In this document: positions 10,907 to 21,532 of the stretch, piece after piece
Layout: every line of letters starts with the position of its first letter
How positions within the stretch are numbered: the stretch's first letter is position 1
NCBI GenBank assembly: GCA_963801195.1
Contig: CAWDDX010000007.1
Span: 1,129,695 to 1,193,694, forward strand
Length of the DNA stretch: 64,000 nucleotides
Source of the DNA: an uncultured Gammaproteobacteria bacterium
Lineage (GTDB): Bacteria; Pseudomonadota; Gammaproteobacteria; Xanthomonadales; SZUA-36
Reading direction: 5' to 3'
Notes under the pieces: generated by a model
The model's input: the letters and a program-made list of their open reading frames with translations, nothing else
Told to the model about the DNA's origin: nothing
Databases searched by the model: none
Program-made: the position numbers and the translations under genes

Positions 10907-11140
10907 GTTAATTGCCTCCCGGCAACTGATTTTAAAAGCTCACCGTCATCAGTTTGCATCCGGCGCGATTCATACGACCAAACACACCCAAAACAGAAAG
11001 AGAGCGTAAACTTTTGTCTGGATAGTAACTTCTATATTAAATCTCTAAATCTGTATATTAATGTGGTAGCACCACTTCAGAAACAGGCCCCGGCGAATGT
11101 TTTCACCGGGGCTGTTGCCTGTATTTCGGCGCGTTGGCCT

Positions 11141-11276
11141 GGCCCGCATATTGCACCAGCCGGTAGCGGGCCTCTCAATAAGCAAATGTTTTTCTTGAAT
11201 TAAAAGACGTTTTTTCAAATCAGCTCCGCGATACACTTTGTACCCGACCCGCTACCGGCTGGTGCAATATGCGGCC
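11141..11276. repeat. long inverted repeat (26-bp perfect arms, 77-nt AT-rich spacer) abutting the acnA stop codon
   Basis: Arm 11145..11170 (cgcatattgcaccagccggtagcggg) is the exact reverse complement of 11248..11273 (cccgctaccggctggtgcaatatgcg). Confidence 0.85.
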
Positions 11277-13942
11277 TAGGCCGCCAACTGTCTTAGTACA
11301 AAGTTCAAAATTCCGCCATTGCGGTAGTAGTCAACTTCCTTGGGCGTATCCAGGCGACTCCTGGCCTGGAACTGTTTACGGCTGCCATCGCTTGCTGTCG
11401 CGGTCACCGTTACCAGTTTTGCCGAGCCATCACCCAAACCCTCGATGTCGTAGGTTTCCGTGCCATCCAGGCCGAGGCTGTCGGCGCTTTCACCTTCCAT
11501 GAAATTCAATGGCAAAACACCCATGCCGATCAGGTTGGAACGGTGTATGCGTTCAAAACTGGCGGTAATGACGGCTTTAACACCAAGCAATTGCGTGCCT
11601 TTCGCTGCCCAGTCACGTGATGAACCGGTGCCATACTCGGTGCCGGCCAGAATGATCAGCGGCGTGTTTTTCTGCTGGTAGCGCATGGAGGCGTCGTATA
11701 TGGTCATTTGCTCTCCGTCCGGTTGGAAGGTTGTCCAGCCTCCCTCCGTACCCGGCGCCAGTTGGTTACGCAACCTGACATTGGCAAAGGTGCCACGCAT
11801 CATGACCTCGTGGTTACCGCGACGGGACCCATAGGAGTTGAATTCCGATCTTGGTACGCCTTTCGATTTCAGATAGTCGCCTGCAGGCGAATTTTCGGAA
11901 ATGGCACCCGCCGGTGAAATGTGGTCGGTGGTGATGGAATCTCCCAGTCTGGCCAGACAGCGGGCACCGCGAATTTCCTTGACCGGCGGCACATCCATAC
12001 CCATGCCATCGAAGTAAGGCGGGTTGCGGATATAGGTCGAATCATCCTGCCAGTCAAACATTTCGCCTTCCGGTGAATCAACCGTTTGCCAGTGTTCGTC
12101 ACCGGCGAAAACACTGCTGTAGCTCTTTTTGAACATTTCAGCGTTGACACTTTCAATGACGCATTGCTGGATATCGTGGCTACTGGGCCAGATATCACGC
12201 AGGTACACGGGGTTTCCGTCGTGGTCCTTACCGAGTGTTTCGGTGGTGATATCCACCTTCATAGTACCTGCGATCGCATAGGCGACGACCAGTGGTGGTG
12301 ACGCCAGGTAGTTCATCTTGACATTGGCGTGGATACGGCCTTCAAAATTACGGTTGCCGGACAGCACCGCACAGGCCACCAGGTCATTCTCGCGAATGGC
12401 ATTTCCGATGGGTTCCGGCAGCGGACCGGAATTACCGATACAGGTTGTGCAACCGTAGCCGACCACGAAGAAGCCCAGGGCTTCAAGATCGTCCATTAAA
12501 CCGGCCTTGTTCAGGTAATCGCTGACCACGCGCGAACCCGGTCCGAGCGAAGTCTTGACCCAGGGTTTAACCTTCAAACCCTTGGCTACTGCATTCCTGG
12601 CGAGTAACCCTGCACCGAGCATGACGGCAGGGTTGGAAGTATTGGTACACGACGTAATGGCCGCAATCACTACCGCGCCATCTTCCAGTTCAAATTTTTC
12701 ACCCTTGTATTCCACCGCGGCCTTGTCGTTTCCTTCGCGGTCCTGCGTGAAAACGGTCTTGTCCTTCAAATAGGCCTGCTTGGCTTCGGTGAGCAATATC
12801 CTGTCCTGTGGACGCTTGGGGCCCGCAAGGCTGGGAACAACCGTCGACATATCGAGTTCCAGTACCGCTGAGTACTTTGCCTCAGCGGAATCGACGGTGT
12901 GAAACATGCCCTGTTTACGCGTGTAGGCCTCCACCAACGCAACCTGTTCCTCCGACCTGCCGGAGAGACGCAGGTAGGTCAGACTCTCCTCGTCGACCGG
13001 GAATATGCCACAGGTCGCGCCGTACTCCGGCGCCATGTTGGCGATGGTCGCGCGGTCGGCCAGTGGCAGGCCGGGCAATCCGTCCCCGAAGAATTCGACA
13101 AATTTTCCAACCACGCCCAGTTTGCGCAACATCTGAACAACGGTCAGCACCAGGTCGGTCGCTGTTGCGCCTTCGGGTAATTTACCCGTTAACTTGAAGC
13201 CAACAACCTGGGGGATCAGCATGGTGATGGCCTGACCGAGCATCGCGGCCTCTGCTTCAATGCCGCCTACGCCCCAACCCAGTACACCAATGCCGTTGAT
13301 CATGGTGGTGTGGGAATCAGTGCCAACGACGGTATCGGGATAGGCCATCAATTCGCCGTTTTGTTCCGCACCGAAAACAACCCGTGCCAGGTGCTCGAGG
13401 TTGACCTGGTGGACGATACCGGTATTTGGCGGTACCACGTTAAAATTACTGAATGCGCTTTTCCCCCATTTCAGGAAGCTGTAACGCTCCTGGTTTCGGC
13501 CAAACTCAATTTCATTATTGACGCTCAGTGAATCAGCAGTGCCGTAACGGTCGACCTGTACCGAGTGGTCAATAACCAGTTCCGCGGGAGAAAGCGGGTT
13601 GATCCGTTCGGGATTCCCGCCGAGTTGTTTCATGGCATCGCGCATGGCCGCAAGATCAACGACTGCCGGCACACCTGTGAAGTCTTGCAAGACGACCCGT
13701 GAAGGTGTAAACGCAATCTCCGTTTCGGGCTTGGCCTGGGGGTCCCAGTTGGCCAGGGCCTCGATGTCGGCATGGGTGACATCGACGCCGTTTTCGTGGC
13801 GAAGCAGGTTTTCCAGCAGAATCTTGAGAGAAAAAGGAAGATGCGAAACATCTACTTTCTCGCTTAACAGAGGCAGGTTGAAATAGCTGTATTTCTTGTC
13901 GTTTACAGAAAAAGTACTGCGGACGGAAAATGAATCTTGCAT
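11276..13942 (-). CDS. acnA: aconitate hydratase A
   Basis: About 888 aa. Fe-S ligand regions [10 protein letters not shown] and [10 protein letters not shown], plus the SGNRNFEGR motif. ATG at 13942 lies 6 nt after GGAGG, so the ORF-track TTG start at 13954 is probably too long. Confidence 0.95.
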   Translation of the reverse strand: MQDSFSVRSTFSVNDKKYSYFNLPLLSEKVDVSHLPFSLKILLENLLRHENGVDVTHADIEALANWDPQAKPETEIAFTPSRVVLQDFTGVPAVVDLAAMRDAMKQLGGNPERINPLSPAELVIDHSVQVDRYGTADSLSVNNEIEFGRNQERYSFLKWGKSAFSNFNVVPPNTGIVHQVNLEHLARVVFGAEQNGELMAYPDTVVGTDSHTTMINGIGVLGWGVGGIEAEAAMLGQAITMLIPQVVGFKLTGKLPEGATATDLVLTVVQMLRKLGVVGKFVEFFGDGLPGLPLADRATIANMAPEYGATCGIFPVDEESLTYLRLSGRSEEQVALVEAYTRKQGMFHTVDSAEAKYSAVLELDMSTVVPSLAGPKRPQDRILLTEAKQAYLKDKTVFTQDREGNDKAAVEYKGEKFELEDGAVVIAAITSCTNTSNPAVMLGAGLLARNAVAKGLKVKPWVKTSLGPGSRVVSDYLNKAGLMDDLEALGFFVVGYGCTTCIGNSGPLPEPIGNAIRENDLVACAVLSGNRNFEGRIHANVKMNYLASPPLVVAYAIAGTMKVDITTETLGKDHDGNPVYLRDIWPSSHDIQQCVIESVNAEMFKKSYSSVFAGDEHWQTVDSPEGEMFDWQDDSTYIRNPPYFDGMGMDVPPVKEIRGARCLARLGDSITTDHISPAGAISENSPAGDYLKSKGVPRSEFNSYGSRRGNHEVMMRGTFANVRLRNQLAPGTEGGWTTFQPDGEQMTIYDASMRYQQKNTPLIILAGTEYGTGSSRDWAAKGTQLLGVKAVITASFERIHRSNLIGMGVLPLNFMEGESADSLGLDGTETYDIEGLGDGSAKLVTVTATASDGSRKQFQARSRLDTPKEVDYYRNGGILNFVLRQLAA

Positions 13943-14018
13943 GCTGGCCTCCAATAACCCATGAGTTTGCGCGTGACCCGATATTATCGCCCATTGGAGT
14001 CGCTTTCCCCAAATGGAA

Positions 14019-14627
14019 TTATCCGGGTAACAGTGATTGTGCCTGTTCGAGCATCTTTTTGCGCCCGAACATCAGGCTGAAGCGTCCCCCGCCCAGCTGT
14101 CGCCAGAGCACGGCAGACCGCAAGCCGGCAAAGAGCATGGTGCGAATCCAGTCGACGGTGCGTTCCACCTGTAGATGTTGCGGACGACCGTTGACGACGA
14201 TCCGGGGCGACAGCGTGCTGATGGTACGGGTGTACAACTCGGCAATTTTCTTCGCCTGTAAATCCTTTATTTCGTGGATCCCGGTGCCATCGTCGATTTC
14301 CGCGATCGGTAACAGTTCGGCCCCGATATGCGCCTGCATCCCGGACTTTTTCCGGAAATTCGACTCAAGCTGCAGGATGGTAAGGACATACGACAGGCTC
14401 TCCATGTAACGCCGGTCCCCCTGCAAGACAGAAATGAGTGTTTCCGTACCAAGACGCAGCCGGTTTACACCGCCGAAAATGTCTTCGACGCTATCGGCTT
14501 CGATGGCCAGCAGACTGTCGAGACAGGTATCGGCCGAATAACCGGACCAGGTGCCGTGATTGGCAGCCTGCCTGACGAGTTCGGTGGCCTGGAAGACACC
14601 GGACAATGCCATGATCTTTTCATTCAT
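14019..14627 (-). CDS. hflD: high-frequency-of-lysogenization protein HflD
   Basis: N-terminus [25 protein letters not shown] matches the HflD pattern. Its ATG at 14627 overlaps the mnmA stop (ATGA). The mnmA-hflD gene order is conserved. Confidence 0.8.
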   Translation of the reverse strand: MNEKIMALSGVFQATELVRQAANHGTWSGYSADTCLDSLLAIEADSVEDIFGGVNRLRLGTETLISVLQGDRRYMESLSYVLTILQLESNFRKKSGMQAHIGAELLPIAEIDDGTGIHEIKDLQAKKIAELYTRTISTLSPRIVVNGRPQHLQVERTVDWIRTMLFAGLRSAVLWRQLGGGRFSLMFGRKKMLEQAQSLLPG

Positions 14628-15754
14628 ATACTTGCCATTCCGGATGCTGTGACCATCGGCGGTGTATTCATGGACTCGATGATGCCGCCGCCGAGACAAA
14701 CATCACCATCGTAAAGGACCACGGACTGACCCGGCGTGATGGCTCGCTGGGCGTGCAGGAAACTCAGCCGCATCCGCTCTTCATCGATGTATTCAATGGT
14801 CACATCCTGGTCCTGCTGGCGGTACCTGACCTTGGCGGTCAGCGAACTGCCCGCTCGGGGGGCGCTACCGGATACCCAGGCCAGACGCCTGGCTTCCAGT
14901 TGGTTTGACAACATCCACGGGTGTTCGTGGCCCTGGCCGACATACAGTATGTTGTTGTCCATGTCCTTGTGCAATACGTACCAGGGCGCTTCCGGAAATC
15001 CTTTTACTCCGCCTATCCCGAGGCCCTGGCGCTGACCGAGCGTATGAAACATCAAACCCTGGTGTTCACCGATCACACGCTCATCGGTGGTGCGGATTTC
15101 GCCGGGCTTCGAGGGCAGGTATTGGCCCAGGAACGCAGTAAAATTGCGCTCACCGATAAAACAGATTCCTGTGCTGTCTTTTTTGTCAAAGACATCGAGT
15201 CCCGCCGCCCGCGCGAGTTCACGCACAGCAGGTTTCTGCAGTTCTCCTACCGGGAAGAGGGTTTTTGCCAGTTGCCGGTGACCCACGGCATACAGGAAGT
15301 AGCTCTGGTCCTTGTTGTGATCGACACCCCGCAACAATCGGTGTTTACCGTCGCTGCAGTCCGAGCGTACATAGTGACCGGTGGCAATTTTGTCCGCGCC
15401 CAGTTCCTCGGCGTGCTCCAGAAAGGTCTTGAACTTGATCTCGCGGTTACACAGGATATCGGGATTGGGGGTACGGCCCGCGCGGTATTCGCCGAGGAAC
15501 TCTTCGAACACGTTTTCCCAGTACTCGGTAGCAAAATTGCGGGTATGCAGATGCAGACCCATTGATTCCGCAACCGCCCTGGCGTCCGCTGCATCTTCGG
15601 CTGCTGCGCACGCGCCGAACCTGTCGTCCTCTTCCCAGTTCTTCATGAACATGCCCGCGATATCCAGTCCCTGCCGCTGCAATAGCAAGGCCGAGACCGA
15701 GGAGTCGACCCCGCCTGACATGGCGACCATGATTTTGCCCGTCGTTTTCCGCAT
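14624..15754 (-). CDS. mnmA: tRNA 2-thiouridine(34) synthase MnmA
   Basis: 376 aa. PP-loop [11 protein letters not shown], catalytic Cys regions ([16 protein letters not shown]), full-length MnmA pattern. Confidence 0.95.
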   Translation of the reverse strand: MRKTTGKIMVAMSGGVDSSVSALLLQRQGLDIAGMFMKNWEEDDRFGACAAAEDAADARAVAESMGLHLHTRNFATEYWENVFEEFLGEYRAGRTPNPDILCNREIKFKTFLEHAEELGADKIATGHYVRSDCSDGKHRLLRGVDHNKDQSYFLYAVGHRQLAKTLFPVGELQKPAVRELARAAGLDVFDKKDSTGICFIGERNFTAFLGQYLPSKPGEIRTTDERVIGEHQGLMFHTLGQRQGLGIGGVKGFPEAPWYVLHKDMDNNILYVGQGHEHPWMLSNQLEARRLAWVSGSAPRAGSSLTAKVRYRQQDQDVTIEYIDEERMRLSFLHAQRAITPGQSVVLYDGDVCLGGGIIESMNTPPMVTASGMASI

Positions 15755-15839
15755 GTCAGTAAGATGGGGTCAAATTGCAGAACGTCAATTGCCGGATATA
15801 CTGTTCAAACTTTACCGACAGATGTACTACAATTGTCCC

Positions 15840-16160
15840 ATGAGTAATGAATTTGAATCGAAACATGATCGTGGTATTGCGGTGGAGGAAGTTCGACCCG
15901 AGGTCAAACCGCCGCCAATGTACAAGGTCGTGTTACTGAATGACGATTTTACCCCGATGGACTTCGTTGTTGACGTCATCCAGACATTTTTCGCATTTGA
16001 CCACGACCGCGCAACGCAGATCATGCTGCATGTTCACACCCGGGGCAAAGGCGTATGCGGCATATTCACATTCGAAATTGCCGAGACCAAGGTTGCCCAG
16101 GTCAATGAATACGCCCGCCGCAACGAGCATCCTCTCAAATGTGCATTGGAGAAGGCTTGA
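15840..16160 (+). CDS. clpS: ATP-dependent Clp protease adaptor ClpS
   Basis: 106 aa from the ATG at 15840. [24 protein letters not shown] core. Located directly upstream of clpA. The longer track ORF from 15381 is antisense to mnmA. Confidence 0.9.
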   Translation: MSNEFESKHDRGIAVEEVRPEVKPPPMYKVVLLNDDFTPMDFVVDVIQTFFAFDHDRATQIMLHVHTRGKGVCGIFTFEIAETKVAQVNEYARRNEHPLKCALEKA

Positions 16161-16227
16161 TCCGGTCCGGCGAACGCGAATGGCCAAACGCGGTCACAAC
16201 TTAAGTACTTCACACATGGTAATTTGA

Positions 16228-18525
16228 ATGTTCAGTAAAGATCTGGAAGTAAGCATCAGCCAGGCTTATCAAGAGGCCCGCAGCGCACGTCATGAATTTC
16301 TCACGGTCGAGCACCTGTTGCTCGCCTTGCTCGATAACAGTTCCGCCCTGTCTATCCTGAGTGCCTGTGGCGCCAATATCACCGGTCTGGAAGCAGAATT
16401 GCGCAAGGCCCTGAACGATACCGTGCCCGAACTGGACCAGGCGGACAACCGGGATACCCAGCCTACCATCGGCTTCCAGCGCGTTTTGCAAAGGGCGCTT
16501 TACCACGTCCAATCCGCAGGCAAACAGGAAGTGATCGGCGCCAATGTACTGGTTGCGATATTCAGTGAAAAAGATTCCTATGCGATTTATCTGTTGAACA
16601 AATTCAATGTCACCCGTCTGGATGTAGTGGATTACATTTCTCACGGCATTTCCCCCTTGCAGAAAAACGACTCGGAAAGAAGCGAGGAAGTTGCCGAAGA
16701 AGGCCAGGAGGAAGGGGCTGACGGACGCAAGAGCGCACTCGAAAACTTCACCAGCAACCTGAACGACCGTGCCGGTGAGGGCAAAATCGATCCGCTCATC
16801 GGGCGCGTGGATGAGGTCGAGCGCACGATCCAGATATTGTGCCGCCGGCGGAAGAACAACCCGCTGTTTGTCGGTGAGGCAGGCGTTGGCAAAACGGCAA
16901 TGGCCGAAGGGCTGGCGCTGCGAATCGTAGAAGGCGAGGTGCCGGAGGTGCTCAAGGACGCGACGATTTACTCACTGGATCTCGGCGCCTTGCTGGCGGG
17001 CACCAAGTATCGCGGAGATTTCGAAAAACGGCTCAAATCCGTCTTGGCCGAATTACACAAGATAGAGGGCGCGGTTTTATTCATAGACGAAATCCACACC
17101 ATCATTGGTGCGGGTGCGGCCTCGGGCGGCGTCATGGACGCGTCCAACCTGATCAAACCTGTGCTGGCTTCGGGAGAGTTGCGTTGCATCGGTTCCACTA
17201 CTTACCAGGAATTCCGCGGAGTATTTGAAAAGGACAGGGCACTTGCGCGCCGTTTCCAGAAGATCGACATCGTCGAGCCGACCGTTTCGGAGACCATCGA
17301 AATATTGCGCGGCTTGAAATCCCGTTTTGAAGCACACCACGGGGTCGAGTATACAGATGACGCCCTGCGCGCTGCGGCTGAGTTGTCCGGCCGACATATC
17401 AACGACCGGCACCTGCCCGACAAGGCCATTGATGTCATCGACGAGGCCGGTGCCAGGCAACGCATGCTGCCCGAAAATGAGCGTAAGAAACTGCTGGACG
17501 AACACGATATCGAGACGATCGTCGCCCACATGGCGCGCATACCACCCAAGCAGGTCTCACGTTCTGACCGTGATGCGCTGCGGACCCTGGAGCGCGATCT
17601 GAAGTTGACCATTTTTGGGCAGGACGAGGCCATCAATGCGCTGGCTTCAGCGATCAAGATGTCACGTTCCGGGCTGGGTGAAGATGAAAAACCGATCGGT
17701 TCATTCCTGTTCGCCGGGCCCACGGGTGTCGGTAAGACTGAAGTGACGCGCCAATTGTCGATGGTCCTGGGTATCGAGCTGATACGCTTTGACATGTCGG
17801 AATACATGGAAGCCCACTCGGTATCCCGGCTCGTCGGTGCACCGCCGGGTTACGTAGGTTTTGACCAGGGTGGTCTGTTGACCGAGGCGGTGACCCGAAA
17901 TCCGCATGCCGTGTTGTTGCTGGATGAGATCGAGAAAGCCCATCCCGATGTTTACAACATCCTGTTACAGATCATGGATCATGGCAAATTGACGGATACC
18001 AACGGACGTGAGGCTGATTTCCGCAACGTCATCCTGGTTATGACGACCAATGCCGGCGCCCAGCAAAGCGCCCGCCGCTCGATCGGATTTACCGACCAGG
18101 AGCACGTCTCGGATTCCAACGAAGCCATCCGCAGGACATTTACACCTGAGTTCCGTAACCGCCTAGATGCGGTCATACAGTTCAAGGCGCTGGATTCCGC
18201 CATCGTGCTGTTGATCGTGGATAAGTTCATCCTCGAACTCGAAGCACAGCTGGCCCTGAAGGATGTCAGTCTTTCGGTCTCCGCTGCGGCGAGAGAATGG
18301 TTGGCGGAGCAGGGCTTTGATCCAGAAATGGGGGCCCGTCCAATGAAGCGTGTCATCCAGGACAAGATCAAGCGGCCATTGGCGGATGACCTGTTATTTG
18401 GTGTCTTGTCAGAAGGCGGGGAAGTGGATATCACACTATCCAGAAAGCAGGGCAATGAATTGAAAATTCACACCAAGCCGAAAAAGGAAGTACGAAAAGC
18501 CCTGCCGGCAGCAACGAAAGGTTAA
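16228..18525 (+). CDS. clpA: ATP-dependent Clp protease ATP-binding subunit ClpA
   Basis: 765 aa. Two AAA+ modules (Walker A GEAGVGKT and GPTGVGKT; Walker B FIDEIH and [10 protein letters not shown]) and a Clp N-domain. Confidence 0.95.
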   Translation: MFSKDLEVSISQAYQEARSARHEFLTVEHLLLALLDNSSALSILSACGANITGLEAELRKALNDTVPELDQADNRDTQPTIGFQRVLQRALYHVQSAGKQEVIGANVLVAIFSEKDSYAIYLLNKFNVTRLDVVDYISHGISPLQKNDSERSEEVAEEGQEEGADGRKSALENFTSNLNDRAGEGKIDPLIGRVDEVERTIQILCRRRKNNPLFVGEAGVGKTAMAEGLALRIVEGEVPEVLKDATIYSLDLGALLAGTKYRGDFEKRLKSVLAELHKIEGAVLFIDEIHTIIGAGAASGGVMDASNLIKPVLASGELRCIGSTTYQEFRGVFEKDRALARRFQKIDIVEPTVSETIEILRGLKSRFEAHHGVEYTDDALRAAAELSGRHINDRHLPDKAIDVIDEAGARQRMLPENERKKLLDEHDIETIVAHMARIPPKQVSRSDRDALRTLERDLKLTIFGQDEAINALASAIKMSRSGLGEDEKPIGSFLFAGPTGVGKTEVTRQLSMVLGIELIRFDMSEYMEAHSVSRLVGAPPGYVGFDQGGLLTEAVTRNPHAVLLLDEIEKAHPDVYNILLQIMDHGKLTDTNGREADFRNVILVMTTNAGAQQSARRSIGFTDQEHVSDSNEAIRRTFTPEFRNRLDAVIQFKALDSAIVLLIVDKFILELEAQLALKDVSLSVSAAAREWLAEQGFDPEMGARPMKRVIQDKIKRPLADDLLFGVLSEGGEVDITLSRKQGNELKIHTKPKKEVRKALPAATKG

Positions 18526-18543
18526 GCTTCCGGAAATAGCGGC

Positions 18544-18762
18544 TTATTTCATGCGGTAGGTAATACGCCCCTTGGAAAGGTCGTAAGGCGTCAGTTCAAC
18601 TTTGACACCGTCTCCCGTCAGAATGCGGATATAGTGCTTACGCATCCTGCCGGAAATGTGGGCCGTAACGACATGTCCGTTTTCAAGCTCCACTTTGAAT
18701 AAAGTATTTGGCAAGGTTTCCAATACCTTGCCTTCCATTTCGATTACATCTTCTTTTGCCAT
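18544..18762 (-). CDS. infA: translation initiation factor IF-1
   Basis: [51 protein letters not shown]... is close to the canonical InfA sequence. The start is taken at MAKED. Confidence 0.95.
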   Translation of the reverse strand: MAKEDVIEMEGKVLETLPNTLFKVELENGHVVTAHISGRMRKHYIRILTGDGVKVELTPYDLSKGRITYRMK

Positions 18763-18839
18763 GAGTCCCATGCCTGATTAAGGTGGCAGTATTGTGCCAC
18801 CCACCGGCTTACTGCGAAAGGGTTTCGTACAAAATAACA

Positions 18840-18867
18840 TTGACACAAGGCATGATTTGCTTAAAAT
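18840..18867 (+). promoter_or_regulatory. sigma70-type promoter for tRNA-Gly
   Basis: TTGACA (18840..18845), 16-nt spacer, TAAAAT (18862..18867). It lies 14 nt upstream of the tRNA 5' end. Confidence 0.6.
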
Positions 18868-18881
18868 ACGCCACCTCAAAT

Positions 18882-18957
<76 letters not shown>

Positions 18958-18963
18958 ACAATG

Positions 18964-19001
18964 AAACCCGGCGTGGCGTCAAACCACCGCCGGGTTTTTT
19001 A
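18964..19001 (+). terminator. rho-independent terminator after tRNA-Gly
   Basis: aaacccggcg...cgccgggttt stem followed by a T run. Confidence 0.75.
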
Positions 19002-19110
19002 TTGCCCGGGATCAATCCGACCGTGATTTGATGACGTAACACGTAGCAATCGGCGGCTACGGATAGTAGAATATCGCGCTCCTGAGCAGATGCGCGGGAT
19101 ACGTCACCGA

Positions 19111-19184
19111 GGCCAGGTGGCAGAGTGGTTATGCTGCGGCCTGCAAAGCCGTCTACGCCGGTTCGATTCCGACCCTGGCCTCCA
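19111..19184 (+). tRNA. tRNA-Cys (anticodon GCA)
   Basis: 74 nt. Acceptor GGCCAGG/CCTGGCC, anticodon stem GCGGC/GCCGT with loop CTGCAAA, T loop TTCGATT, encoded CCA. It aligns arm by arm with E. coli tRNA-Cys as I recall it. There is one C-A mismatch in the T stem. Confidence 0.88.
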
Positions 19185-19219
19185 ATAGCCCCCTTCATGG
19201 GGGTTTTTATTGCCTCAAA
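19178..19219 (+). repeat. direct repeat copy 1 (tRNA-Cys 3' end plus terminator), putative attL
   Basis: gcctccaatagcccccttcatgggggtttttattgcctcaaa is repeated imperfectly at 21533..21574. Confidence 0.7.
19189..19208 (+). terminator. short rho-independent terminator after tRNA-Cys
   Basis: ccccc-ttcat-ggggg hairpin followed by ttttt. Confidence 0.6.
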
Positions 19220-19292
19220 CTTTTTGTATTTGACCCTCTGAAACCTCTGCTCTATATACGTTTGGTGGATTATGGCGAATTTTACTAACTAA

Positions 19293-19442
19293 GGAAGCTC
19301 TGATTAATGCCATCCTGGCATCATCAGAGCGCGGCAGCCGAAAAGTGTCATTTTCGACTGCCTTACAAATCAACAGCTTGGCGCCGCTGATTTGGCGACA
19401 CATCCATGTGTCGCGTGAACCTCAGAATTAATCAGAGGTTCC
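19293..19442. repeat. ~150-nt element bounded by a 15-bp inverted repeat with internal hairpins
   Basis: ggaagctctgattaa (19293..19307) versus ttaatcagaggttcc (19428..19442) pair at 14/15 positions. Internal hairpins are gctctga..atgcca-tcc-tggcat..tcagagc (19297..19330) and gcgacacat-cc-atgtgtcgc (19395..19414). Confidence 0.5.
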
Positions 19443-20246
19443 CTAACGAGGTGGAACTCCTGAGAAGCAGCAGATTAGGGAGCGGTGCCAGAAATACGCC
19501 TTGGAAATGCTACTTTTTTAATCGGCCTCAGGTTTTCTTCCGGTGCGGTGAATGCCTTTAAACCCACGCGGTTAAAGTGAAAACCGGGAAAATCAAATAT
19601 GGAATAGAGACCACCCCGACAAAGGGGGAATCACTGGGCGAAGGTGACTGTGGGGATAGTATCTCGCAACAAGGTATCATCCTGCGGCCTTTAAGGCCGT
19701 TACAAGGTGCTGCAAACCCCATTGCTACCCAAAACAATACTGTCTCTAAGAAGCCTGTTCGATGCGCTTATTAAGTCATTATTAAATTTAAAACAAGGCC
19801 GGTTCGGACAGGGCTGATTCGGAAGGTGTAGATGCGGGTCAATGGATAGAGGACGTCGGCTCACCATGGATGACAATTATGGTCTGTTTTGCTGACATAT
19901 TTTGGATGATTGCGATCAGGCCTGGCTGAAGCAAATTTCTTTAAAATCATTTTCCACAATATATCACGCTGTATTTAAAGGTATTTAATTGCGCTTAAGT
20001 GTGTTTCCAGATCAGTGCTTTTTTCTGGCTTGATTATTGCATAATGGTAGTTAAGGACAAATTCCAGTAATGAACTTGCTAACAGTCAGGATGACGGTAT
20101 GCTAAAACAAATGTTGATCTTAACCACGTTGATTTTTCTGATGCTTGCTCCAGCACCGGACTCTCGGGATATTGCAGAAATGAGCGCCTATTTCCTCGTG
20201 CCGACTAGCAGTTCAGTGTGACTGGTTTCAGACAAGCCAGTCCAAA

Positions 20247-20483
20247 TCAATGTGGAAGAACATGGCAGTTGGAATCCACACAGATTTTGCCTGGAAGCAC
20301 ACCGTATTCACATACCTGCCACATCATGATTAGTAGCGCATCAATGTCAACAAGTGACTTGACCACCTTGCCATCCACCTTGTAGTCGAACCGATTATCT
20401 CCATCCCAATATCGCAGGGTCATGCTTGGCTGATTCTTGTCCGGGTCACTGTTGATGGGTGGATGTGTGCCTGCTACGATCAT
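20247..20483 (-). CDS. hypothetical small protein (islet cargo)
   Basis: 78-aa ORF (possibly 58 aa from MTLRYWDG), 47 nt downstream of the 233-aa gene on the same strand. AT-rich. Confidence 0.35.
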   Translation of the reverse strand: MIVAGTHPPINSDPDKNQPSMTLRYWDGDNRFDYKVDGKVVKSLVDIDALLIMMWQVCEYGVLPGKICVDSNCHVLPH

Positions 20484-20530
20484 GGGGTTATGTTGCCATA
20501 ACCATTAAGAGCAAGTTGCCAAGTGGGCTG

Positions 20531-21232
20531 TCACTTCAGCTTTCCCTTCAGAATCTTTTTTTCGTTGCCTATTTCTTTGATCAGTTTTGTGTACCTGCGG
20601 TCAAAGTGGGATCCATACTTTCCAAACAGCTTCTTGAGTTCCTTTATTGTTTTTGCGGAAAGATTCCTGTTTTTCAACAACTTTGGCAGTTCTTTGGAAA
20701 TAAAAACCTTATCCTCCCGCAATCTCCCATAGTCATCTGCGGCGCCGTCCATTATCTTCATGTCGCCTGTAGCGTTTGAGGCAATGAGCTCGGACAAGAG
20801 ACTCCAAACCTTGTCCACTACGGGCTTTGGGAACAGGTTCGGTTTTTTCTTTAGATCTTGAAAGCACTCTTCGGCGTTAACGTAATGAATTTCGATGCGG
20901 TCTTTGTCAATGATTCCAGGACTTTTCAATCTCTTCAACACGTCGTTGATAGTTTCGAAATCAAGGGGCAGATCATATTTTGCACGGTGCCTCCTGATTT
21001 TCTCAATGCGCTTGTACATTGGTGTTCCCATGAAGGTTTCACGGTCGTTTACATCGATAATTTTGCCATCCAAACCCTTCAGTTCTTCCAGGACATCATC
21101 GCGCCCGGAGTAAAGCAGCGTCTTATTGTGTTTCGCCTTCACTTTCGATGCATTGGTTTTAATCCATGATCGCACTGATTTAAAATTTATGCTTTGAACT
21201 TCACCTTCGGTCAAAGGCTTCTTATATGCCAT
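20531..21232 (-). CDS. hypothetical Lys-rich protein (islet cargo)
   Basis: 233-aa ORF, AT-rich, with lysine-biased composition. I cannot assign a family by eye. Confidence 0.55.
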   Translation of the reverse strand: MAYKKPLTEGEVQSINFKSVRSWIKTNASKVKAKHNKTLLYSGRDDVLEELKGLDGKIIDVNDRETFMGTPMYKRIEKIRRHRAKYDLPLDFETINDVLKRLKSPGIIDKDRIEIHYVNAEECFQDLKKKPNLFPKPVVDKVWSLLSELIASNATGDMKIMDGAADDYGRLREDKVFISKELPKLLKNRNLSAKTIKELKKLFGKYGSHFDRRYTKLIKEIGNEKKILKGKLK

Positions 21233-21532
21233 TGCGCTCTCCTTAAAAAGGTCTATGGCTTTTATTTTTCTATTTCAGTAAGTATAGACAATTAGGCCAG
21301 AACACCCCTGCAACTCAAGCAGGAGAGCCAACAGGGTGCCGGGCTGGTACCTCTCAACCAGGGCAGGGCCTCTGTAGGAAAATGTGACAGGTTTTTGTAG
21401 GCAATCCATGGCGGTTCGGAGGTCAATATTCGTGAATGCGACGAAAGGAGCGGGAAAAGGAGCGGATTGAACCAAGGTCTTTCAAAACCTTACTAAAACA
21501 ACTGGTTATGGCAATTTGAAGTAGCGACTCTC

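Noticed and set aside
14921-15565. 214-aa plus-strand ORF inside mnmA
   Set aside because: It is antisense to a full-length, motif-complete mnmA and has no independent support.
15381-15839. N-terminal 153 codons of the 259-aa track ORF that ends as ClpS
   Set aside because: The upstream part is antisense to mnmA and low-complexity. ClpS homology begins at the ATG at 15840, which gives the normal ~106-aa size.
19293-19442. Retron-like msr/msd interpretation of the inverted-repeat-bounded structured element
   Set aside because: No reverse-transcriptase ORF, or any ORF with YxDD-type motifs, lies adjacent. The structure alone is insufficient.
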